Virus record (IMG/VR): IMGVR_UViG_3300042465_006498
Origin: an uncultured virus (IMG/VR IMGVR_UViG_3300042465_006498)
Taxonomy: Duplodnaviria > Heunggongvirae > Uroviricota > Caudoviricetes
DNA length: 64,000 nt
Reading direction: 5' to 3' (one strand)
Below, piece by piece: positions 57,321 through 64,000 of the stretch. The notes beneath the pieces were generated by a model. It did no database searches. It was not told the DNA's origin and was given only the letters and a program-made list of their open reading frames with translations. The stretch's first letter is position 1. Each line of letters opens with the position of its first letter. A program made the translations under genes and the position numbers.

Positions 57321-57542
57321 ATGAAAGCAATAGTATGGTCAAAAGATTTCTGTTCTTTCTGCACTCAAGCAAAGGCACTACTGGAATCTCAAGGAATTGA
57401 ATATGAAGAACGCAACGTGAGCCGGGATTGGACACGTGAACAACTACTAGAAGCAGTACCAACAGCTCGAACACTACCACAGATATTCTTGGATCAAGAA
57501 CTAGTGGGTGGATTTACAGAACTCAGAAAGAAACTAGCATAA
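57321..57542 (+). CDS. Glutaredoxin
   Basis: CSFC, TLPQIF, VGGF. Confidence 0.9.
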   Translation: MKAIVWSKDFCSFCTQAKALLESQGIEYEERNVSRDWTREQLLEAVPTARTLPQIFLDQELVGGFTELRKKLA

Positions 57543-57847
57543 TGAATATTGAAAAAACACTGGGACAGGTTTGCACATTTAAACTCAATTCGGGAGAAGA
57601 ACTGATTGCAAGAGTAGAACTGATTGAATACAATTTTATCACAGTAAGTGAGCCAGTTAGCGTAGCACCAGGACCACAAGGGCTGGGTCTTGTGCCCAGT
57701 GTGTTTACCGCAGAACGCAAGGCTTCGGTCACAATAAATATTAATAATGTTGCAATCTATGCACTCACTGACCAAGAAGTCAAAATGAAGTATATCGAAG
57801 CAACCACTGGCATCAAGGTGCCAGAAAAGAAATTGATACTAGGATAA
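57542..57847 (+). CDS. Small hypothetical protein, possible Sm-like fold
   Basis: FKLNSGEELIARV motif. Confidence 0.6.
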   Translation: MNIEKTLGQVCTFKLNSGEELIARVELIEYNFITVSEPVSVAPGPQGLGLVPSVFTAERKASVTININNVAIYALTDQEVKMKYIEATTGIKVPEKKLILG

Positions 57848-57848
57848 C

Positions 57849-58136
57849 ATGCCAGCAGTACAACGACAGGGAGATGCAAACTCAGCAGGAGGAGTAGCCG
57901 CAAGTGGCGTGGCTTCTGTGCGAGTCAATGGTCGGCCTGTGGTTGTGCCTGGTATTTCTGTAACACCTCATCCATGTTGTGGTCAAAAAGGATGTGCCAA
58001 ACACTGTTCAGCAACTACCAATGGTGGTTCAGCAACTGTAAAAGCCGGCGGCAAACCCATCATAAGAACTTCAGCTGACGTAGACACTTGTGGTCACGCT
58101 CGATCAGGCGGCAGCCCCAACGTTAGGGTAGCATAA
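57849..58136 (+). CDS. PAAR-like tail spike tip protein
   Basis: PAVQRQGD, VRVNGRP, H/C ligands, CGH...GSPNV. Confidence 0.8.
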   Translation: MPAVQRQGDANSAGGVAASGVASVRVNGRPVVVPGISVTPHPCCGQKGCAKHCSATTNGGSATVKAGGKPIIRTSADVDTCGHARSGGSPNVRVA

Positions 58137-59260
58137 TGACCCAGGGCTTATTAACACCATTGCAACTCACAAGCGGTGCAGGCCTGTTACAAAACACTGG
58201 AATAGCACTCAACAGTGTGTTTTCAGGAGCAGTGCAACAATATGAAGCTATTGCACCTATTGCCAATCTGTTGGCCACTTTGAGCCTGGCTAGTACTGCT
58301 GGCCTGGCCAATGCTACTATTCTGAGTTTGCAAACTCTAGGAAATTCAGTATGTCCCGCATTGGGTGACAGTATCCCTGCTGCGTCAGCTAACACTGCAC
58401 CATTTCCTGTGGGCAACAGCCTGGGGTTTCTGGGATTTCTAGAAACTGTGGGCAACACACAACTAGGCTCAGGCGATGTGGGAAAATTTGCACAGGCGTT
58501 TTCAGCAGCACAAGGATATGTGGGGCAAGTTAATTTGTTCATTACCAGTGCGGCCAATGCTAACGAATATCTTGGCCCGACATTTACCAACCTTGACGAC
58601 ATGATCACCGGCGATCTCACCAGGGTGTCGCTGGCGTTGCCTGCACTGGGAGCAGATCTTGAAAAGCTAGGCAACTTGTTGGTGCTTTCTAATATTCAAA
58701 ATCTAGGTGAACCTGCTGCACTATTGCAACAATTAAGCAAGGTAGGCAATATGGGCAACAACACACTACCGTGTGTGCAAGCTGCCCTGGAAATGTCTGG
58801 ACTTGACTCCGTAGAAATCACAGGCCTAATCAGCAACAATAGACAAAGTTTGTTTAATCCCAATGGATTGACTACCAATCAATTTGATCGTCTACAACAA
58901 CGAGCATACCAGGGTATGAACATGGTAGCAGGAGACTGCTTGGCTGATGTATTGGCCATCTTGGATGTGACCACTCCCGGAATTACTGTTATGACAGATC
59001 TGTTGGATCCGGCCAAAATATTGCCCACAAGTTACCCCACCTTGAAGTTTGAAGACCAGTTGATTTACGCACCCGACGGAGCAGTAAATTCAGGAATATC
59101 CAACACACTAAATGCAACCACAGCCACAGGCTGTGACGAACTGGGCAAAATTATACCTCCGTCCCAGGCAGTGGCCAACAAGGCCTTGCAGTATCAACTG
59201 CAGCAGGTCAGCGGTATTCAAAATCTAACATTGCCACAGTTGGCAGCCATACTGGTATGA
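58136..59260 (+). CDS. Hypothetical, probably structural protein
   Basis: 374 aa, Ala/Gly/Leu-rich, follows PAAR. Confidence 0.6.
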   Translation: MTQGLLTPLQLTSGAGLLQNTGIALNSVFSGAVQQYEAIAPIANLLATLSLASTAGLANATILSLQTLGNSVCPALGDSIPAASANTAPFPVGNSLGFLGFLETVGNTQLGSGDVGKFAQAFSAAQGYVGQVNLFITSAANANEYLGPTFTNLDDMITGDLTRVSLALPALGADLEKLGNLLVLSNIQNLGEPAALLQQLSKVGNMGNNTLPCVQAALEMSGLDSVEITGLISNNRQSLFNPNGLTTNQFDRLQQRAYQGMNMVAGDCLADVLAILDVTTPGITVMTDLLDPAKILPTSYPTLKFEDQLIYAPDGAVNSGISNTLNATTATGCDELGKIIPPSQAVANKALQYQLQQVSGIQNLTLPQLAAILV

Positions 59261-60063
59261 CCATAGAAACTCTAAAAAATTTGCCCCTGGTTGAGGCTCA
59301 AACTCAACCTATTACTGATGCAGTAAAAAACTTCTACGCCAACACATTTGCCGGCGGCTCAGGACCTGATGGCACATACCTGATCACTGACTTTTTTGGC
59401 ACAGCAGCTGGAATTCCTGCTGTGGATGTACTGCCTCAGGCCAACGCTATCTTGGCTGCAAGAGTTGCAGACGGAACACTTGCTGCTTTAAACGCAGTGT
59501 ATGCCAACATGCTGGGCACAGTCAACGGCACATTTGGCGATCCTGTGTTGGGCCCAGTGGTTATCCCGTCAGGCCCGGGTACCGGAGCATATGCCGATGC
59601 CGAAGCAGCCATGGCCATACTGATTCCATTAGCAGAGTCAGCTATTGTTACTGCAGCCGCAGCCATGGGAAGCGATACTGCAACTCTGAACAGTGCATTC
59701 ACCAGCATGGCTGAACAGGCCACTTCGGAAGTGGTCAATCAAGGCAAAGCTGCTATCAATTTGAGTGATCTCACAGCAGGTGATCAGACCAGTGTGATGG
59801 CCCTGATAACCAATTTTACTAGTCTGGGTACAGACGTTGCAGTGGGACAGGCTGCCCAGTTTTTTGAAGACATTGTGGACATCAATAGTACCACTGGCCA
59901 GGCCATCATTGGAGCCATGCGAGAAGGCCGCAATCAAGTGCAACTGGCCGAAACAGGCATCAACGGCTATGACATTGTGCCTGACCAACCAGAAACTCCA
60001 CCACCTGTGGCACCATTGCTGGGCAGCAGTTACACAGTGGCCGAAGCCGAATCGGCCAGTTGA
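59257..60063 (+). CDS. Hypothetical, probably structural protein
   Basis: 268 aa; ATGA overlap; GSGPDGT, MREGRN. Confidence 0.6.
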   Translation: MTIETLKNLPLVEAQTQPITDAVKNFYANTFAGGSGPDGTYLITDFFGTAAGIPAVDVLPQANAILAARVADGTLAALNAVYANMLGTVNGTFGDPVLGPVVIPSGPGTGAYADAEAAMAILIPLAESAIVTAAAAMGSDTATLNSAFTSMAEQATSEVVNQGKAAINLSDLTAGDQTSVMALITNFTSLGTDVAVGQAAQFFEDIVDINSTTGQAIIGAMREGRNQVQLAETGINGYDIVPDQPETPPPVAPLLGSSYTVAEAESAS

Positions 60064-60088
60064 CCAAAATTGCCTGGTGTTGTATAAT
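60060..60088 (+). promoter_or_regulatory. Early promoter P8 with no downstream gene
   Basis: TTGACC-17-TATAAT; -35 overlaps upstream TGA. Confidence 0.75.
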
Positions 60089-60159
60089 TAAACATACAAC
60101 AACCATGTGACAACGTATGCTGAATTAAGCCGTACTTGGCTAGCTTGATTTTTTGCAAT

Positions 60160-60211
60160 TTGACCTAAATTAACACTTGTGCTATAATTAACACTTAAAC
60201 AGCAACAAGGA
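60160..60211 (+). promoter_or_regulatory. Early promoter cassette P9
   Basis: TTGACC-17-TATAAT-TAACACTTAAACAGCAACAAGGA. Confidence 0.85.
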
Positions 60212-60218
60212 ACACTGC

Positions 60219-60458
60219 ATGACAGTACAAGAACTCATCAATTCCCTGCAATTATTGGACCCTACTGCCGAAGTACACTTTAGTTATAACTATGGTGACC
60301 ACTGGCAGACGCAGGTTGCGCCCACTGTGGACCGCGTGGATCTGGCCTTGATCAAGTACAGTGAGTATCACCGTATGAACAAACTCCTAGACGAAGATGA
60401 CATGTACGAAGATGAGGGTGACTACGAAGGCACACGCCGTGTGGTGGTGCTTGGTTGA
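60219..60458 (+). CDS. Small early hypothetical protein
   Basis: 79 aa; MTVQELI..L...DP.AEV. Confidence 0.8.
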   Translation: MTVQELINSLQLLDPTAEVHFSYNYGDHWQTQVAPTVDRVDLALIKYSEYHRMNKLLDEDDMYEDEGDYEGTRRVVVLG

Positions 60459-60507
60459 CCTTTATTCACCGAAATGCTATAATTAACACTTAAACAGCAA
60501 CAAGGAG
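60455..60507 (+). promoter_or_regulatory. Early promoter cassette P10
   Basis: TTGACC-17-TATAAT-TAACACTTAAACAGCAACAAGGAG; -35 overlaps upstream TGA. Confidence 0.85.
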
Positions 60508-60513
60508 CCCCGG

Positions 60514-60795
60514 ATGCCCACAGCAACTTACCAAGCACTTACTGAGCAAGAAAAACGCCAAGTTGGCATGTATGGTGTAACCGAAAAAGGCATGCGTGAA
60601 GCTGTAGAGTCCAGCATGACTTTCCGTTCTAGTGGTCCTGCTATGATGGCGGCCGGCCTGTTGAGCGATTGCCAAGAGATGATGGCTTACGGTCCCTATG
60701 ACTCAGACACGCTGGCCAACATCCAGGAAGATCAGCGTCAAATACTGAATCGTGCCAAGTGGATCCTGTTTGAATATCTTTCATCCAAAGCCTAA
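60514..60795 (+). CDS. Small early hypothetical protein
   Basis: 93 aa, own promoter and RBS. Confidence 0.8.
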   Translation: MPTATYQALTEQEKRQVGMYGVTEKGMREAVESSMTFRSSGPAMMAAGLLSDCQEMMAYGPYDSDTLANIQEDQRQILNRAKWILFEYLSSKA

Positions 60796-60807
60796 TAGGA
60801 GAATAAC

Positions 60808-60894
60808 ATGATGCGACAATTGCTAATTGACCTTGCTCACGCCACTGTGGTATATGCAGTGCCCTTGACACTATACTGGACCTTGATAGGCTAA
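60808..60894 (+). CDS. Small hydrophobic protein (28 aa, not in ORF track)
   Basis: AGGAG RBS; MMRQLLIDLAHATVVYAVPLTLYWTLIG. Confidence 0.6.
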   Translation: MMRQLLIDLAHATVVYAVPLTLYWTLIG

Positions 60895-60904
60895 GGAGAT
60901 TGTT

Positions 60905-61150
60905 TTGAACGACAAAAAAATTGATTTTAGTTGCTTGGGCTTTGACCGCTATCAAAGCATTGACCTTCAAATTCTTATGAGTCTGCAAAATCATAAGGAC
61001 ATCTGTGAATGGGCCAAGGCAGTGGGCGAAGATGATGTGCGTTACGGACTCGGATTGCTGGAACAGGCCGCCTTGGCTGAACTAGATCGCGACACTGAAA
61101 ATATGAAACAGTTTCCTGAAGCAATGGCTGCAATTAGAAAGGTAATGTAA
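60905..61150 (+). CDS. Hypothetical protein
   Basis: TTG start after AAGGAG; 81 aa. Confidence 0.65.
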   Translation: MNDKKIDFSCLGFDRYQSIDLQILMSLQNHKDICEWAKAVGEDDVRYGLGLLEQAALAELDRDTENMKQFPEAMAAIRKVM

Positions 61151-61500
61151 TGGGACTGGACATGTACGCCTATGTTGCCGCCAAAGCAGGTCAAGAGGCC
61201 ACTGCTCGTGAACTGGCCTACTGGCGCAAGCATCCTAATCTGCATGGCTGGATGGAACAACTTGCCAAATCTAAAAATGTTGAGTACGGCTCATTTAATG
61301 GCGTTGAACTAGAACTGACCTGGGCAGACATTGATGCACTGGAGCAGGCAGTGACGCATAAGCAATTGCCGGGCACTGGCGGTTTCTTTTTTGGGCGTGA
61401 TGCTGATGAACACTATCAAGAAAGTGACCTAGCGTTTGTCAAGGCTGCGCGAGCAGAATTGTTTCTGGGCTTGCGAGTGTTTTATAATAGCTCGTGGTAA
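61150..61500 (+). CDS. Phage hypothetical protein (MGLDMY...YWRK type)
   Basis: MGLDMY, YWRKHPNLHGW, GFFFG, YNSSW. Confidence 0.8.
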   Translation: MGLDMYAYVAAKAGQEATARELAYWRKHPNLHGWMEQLAKSKNVEYGSFNGVELELTWADIDALEQAVTHKQLPGTGGFFFGRDADEHYQESDLAFVKAARAELFLGLRVFYNSSW

Positions 61501-61512
61501 AAGATTAAATAT

Positions 61513-62889
61513 ATGAATGACATCAATTTTTCCAACTCACGCTTTGATGGTCTAACCATGTCAGCCGACTGGATCCAAGATCTTGAAAGTTCCGACAGCC
61601 GATTGCACAAAGAAAAAGTAATCGAAAAAGCCCTGATGGCTGCAAAATTGGGCAGTGCCAGTGCTCAGGGCTTTTTGTTCAACGCTTATCAGGCCTACAA
61701 TCCCTTCCATGTGTTTGGTGTGCAACAAGTGTCTGAGACTACAGGCATCACTCATGCTCCAAACCCCTGGTCCACATTCTGGGCCCTGCTAGAAGATCTG
61801 CGTACTCGTACTATCACTGGCCATCGTGCTCGCGACCGTATCAAGGAAGTGTCCCAACTGTTTGACAGTGTGGAATGGAACACAGTTTGTCGACGTGTGC
61901 TGATCAAGGACCTAAGATGTGGTATTTCAGAAAAGACTCTGAACAAGGTGCTGGGCAAAACAGAATGGAAAATCCCTGTGTTCGGTGTGCAGCTGGCACA
62001 GGACTCAACTGATCAGCCCAAGAAAATGAAAGGCATCAAACGCCTGGAAGTCAAACTGGATGGTGTGCGTGTTATTGCAGTGGTGTCGGGCAGTAGCTGT
62101 GTGTTGTACAGCCGCAATGGCAAGGAGTTTGAAAACTTCCCACAAATTGCTGAGGCTGTCCTGGACAACCGTCGAGCTTTCCAATACGGCCGAGGAACAG
62201 GTGGCCACTTTGTGTTGGATGGTGAAATTGTAGGTGAGAATTTTCAAGCCTTGATGAAACAGGCACAACGCAAAAGCAATGCCAACACAACTGGCATGGT
62301 TTATCACATTTTTGATATTGTTCCGCTGGATGCACTCAAAGAAGGTCACTGCAATTTACAACAGCACAAGCGTATAGAATGGATTGAAAGTGCAAGATCC
62401 ATTCTTGACACCACTGATTGCTTGCGCATCATGCCAGGTATGAATGTGGACTTGGACACTGCTGAAGGACATGATGTCATGCAGCGTTTTGCCAGCGCCA
62501 GTGTGGAGCAAGGATATGAAGGCATCATGATCAAGAATCTTGACGCCCCGTACGAATGCAAGCGTAGTGACCACTGGATGAAATGGAAACCCACAATCAC
62601 AGTTGACCTGACCATTGTGGGTTTTGAAGAAGGAACTGGTCGCAATCAGGGCCGACTGGGTGCTATAATTTACGAAGGAGTTGACAATGAACGAAATATT
62701 CGGGTCAATGTTGGTACTGGCTATAGCGATAATGATCGTGATGAGTTTTGGGCTGCCAGGGATCAGTTACTTGGCGTCATTGGCGAAATCCAAGCTGATG
62801 CAGTTACTCAGAATCAAGACGGATCATTCAGTTTGAGATTTCCTCGACATGTTCGATTCCGTGGATTTGAAGCCGGAGAGAAACTGTAA
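61513..62889 (+). CDS. lig: ATP-dependent DNA ligase
   Basis: EVKLDGVR, SRNGK, LDGE, EGIMIK, KWKP, SLRFP. Confidence 0.93.
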   Translation: MNDINFSNSRFDGLTMSADWIQDLESSDSRLHKEKVIEKALMAAKLGSASAQGFLFNAYQAYNPFHVFGVQQVSETTGITHAPNPWSTFWALLEDLRTRTITGHRARDRIKEVSQLFDSVEWNTVCRRVLIKDLRCGISEKTLNKVLGKTEWKIPVFGVQLAQDSTDQPKKMKGIKRLEVKLDGVRVIAVVSGSSCVLYSRNGKEFENFPQIAEAVLDNRRAFQYGRGTGGHFVLDGEIVGENFQALMKQAQRKSNANTTGMVYHIFDIVPLDALKEGHCNLQQHKRIEWIESARSILDTTDCLRIMPGMNVDLDTAEGHDVMQRFASASVEQGYEGIMIKNLDAPYECKRSDHWMKWKPTITVDLTIVGFEEGTGRNQGRLGAIIYEGVDNERNIRVNVGTGYSDNDRDEFWAARDQLLGVIGEIQADAVTQNQDGSFSLRFPRHVRFRGFEAGEKL

Positions 62890-62984
62890 TGCACTGGATA
62901 CTGGTACTGATACTGACATTCGTTAACCTGCCGCTGGCCCTGGCCTTGTCAGCAATTTTTATATTTTTTGGAAATCAAAAATGA
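62889..62984 (+). CDS. Small membrane protein (31 aa, not in ORF track)
   Basis: TAATG and ATGA overlaps on both sides; MHWILVLILTFVNLPLALALSAIFIFFGNQK. Confidence 0.6.
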   Translation: MHWILVLILTFVNLPLALALSAIFIFFGNQK

Positions 62985-63178
62985 GCAAGAATAAACTGGA
63001 AATTGACGTTGACACAGCAGATCGAATTGCAGTGCTTGTGCTCAAGGAACATCGCAAGTATCTCAAGAAAGAACTAGCCGACTTCAAAAAAGGTCAGTAC
63101 CTGCATCCTGAAGATGTAAGTGGAAACACAATCATGGTTCATCACTTGGATGCTGTTATCAAACATTTTGGTGGCTAA
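62981..63178 (+). CDS. Hypothetical protein
   Basis: 65 aa. Confidence 0.7.
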   Translation: MSKNKLEIDVDTADRIAVLVLKEHRKYLKKELADFKKGQYLHPEDVSGNTIMVHHLDAVIKHFGG

Positions 63179-63604
63179 ATGAAAATTGGACTCAGTTATA
63201 GCCGATGTGTTCGAGACATTGTGGAAGGTCGAGTAGACATTGACGATGTGCTGGTGATCATTTCTCGTACAGATTTTGATCCGCAAGACGATGATCAATG
63301 GCAAGGAATTTGGTCATCGTACTGTTTAGGCGGAAGAAGTAATCCCGAGTGGAGCAATTACGATGTTAACAGCAAAGAGGATGAGGACAAGTTCCGCAGT
63401 GTGAGTGTAGGCTTATGGAAGTTGGGCAAGTTTCACCAGCCACGCAAGTTTGGCGCACATCCTAGTCGTCGCTCAGAATTTTGGTTGGAAGCAGTGTTGC
63501 CTGATTCTGAATTACAAGCTCGTCCAGCAGTAAAAGACGCATGGGATCAGTTTCAGATACTGGCCGGCCTAACAAACACAAAGTTGGATAGAGATTATCA
63601 ATGA
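63179..63604 (+). CDS. Hypothetical protein
   Basis: 141 aa; MKIGLSYSRCVRDI...HQPR. Confidence 0.75.
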   Translation: MKIGLSYSRCVRDIVEGRVDIDDVLVIISRTDFDPQDDDQWQGIWSSYCLGGRSNPEWSNYDVNSKEDEDKFRSVSVGLWKLGKFHQPRKFGAHPSRRSEFWLEAVLPDSELQARPAVKDAWDQFQILAGLTNTKLDRDYQ

Positions 63605-63999
63605 AAAAGGTGTACTATGAAAAAATTGGACGGCGGTATCGGCCTGTGGCTGAGTATGATAATGATCTTTTGGATAGTTTCCATAAAGGTAGTCATCTTG
63701 TCTGTGTATACCCCGGGGGTCAATCCCGTAGGTATAACGTGGAACCTAACCATGCGGCCATGATTGCAGCAGGGCGTGTGGCTGAAGATGCTATCTGTCA
63801 GGCCTTACATAAAGCCAGTGAAATGCGGCCACAGCGAACACCTATCACTCTGGGACAACAACGAGCCTGGCAAAAATTAGCCAAAGAGTTTGGTGATGAA
63901 TTATGCCCATTGATGCACGCCAGCGCTAGAGATGTGGCCGAAGCTGGCGTCAAGGCCATGCAGACAGAAGCTAACAAACTGATGAGTCATCCCGCAGTG
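63601..63999 (+). CDS. Hypothetical protein (3' truncated by window edge)
   Basis: ATGA overlap; open to the window end (MKKVYYEKIGRRYRPV...). Confidence 0.7.
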   Translation, partial: MKKVYYEKIGRRYRPVAEYDNDLLDSFHKGSHLVCVYPGGQSRRYNVEPNHAAMIAAGRVAEDAICQALHKASEMRPQRTPITLGQQRAWQKLAKEFGDELCPLMHASARDVAEAGVKAMQTEANKLMSHPAV

Positions 64000-64000
64000 G

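Noticed and set aside
1..64000. Stop-codon reassignment, tRNA genes, integrase or prophage boundaries
   Set aside because: Genes are intact in the standard code with all three stops used; no cloverleaf spotted in the short intergenic gaps (tRNAscan not run); no host genes flank the region.

Overview
This 64 kb window is part of a large lytic dsDNA tailed phage genome with a distantly T4-like gene set. There is no host chromosome, integrase, rRNA, tRNA or CRISPR array. Core genes are terminase large subunit, gp32-like SSB, UvsX/UvsY/UvsW, primase, replicative helicase, a very compact DnaE-like polymerase ORF, class Ia RNR with glutaredoxin, ATP-dependent DNA ligase, a PD-(D/E)XK exonuclease, a PAAR protein and several tail/virion proteins. 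Accessory content is rich: an ~11 kb glycosyltransferase/methyltransferase locus, four radical SAM enzymes, IscU/IscA, a betaproteobacterial-type porin, an HD-domain alarmone hydrolase and a class II aldolase. Three regulatory layers are visible in the DNA: (1) ten related sigma70 promoter cassettes, nearly all driving a small gene; (2) a TAAATA late-promoter-like motif, often only 4-8 nt before ATG, which suggests leaderless mRNAs; (3) a structured leader before the SSB gene. The best candidate for an undescribed system is a virion cargo system. It comprises a 1365-aa modular protein punctuated by putative x-x-E protease sites with an in-frame direct repeat, plus several proteins (an alarmone hydrolase and an NTase/ligase-like fusion among them) that share an N-terminal M-[KRQ]-[IL]-x-E tag resembling the T4 capsid-targeting sequence. 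All protein calls come from motif recognition by eye, not database searches.
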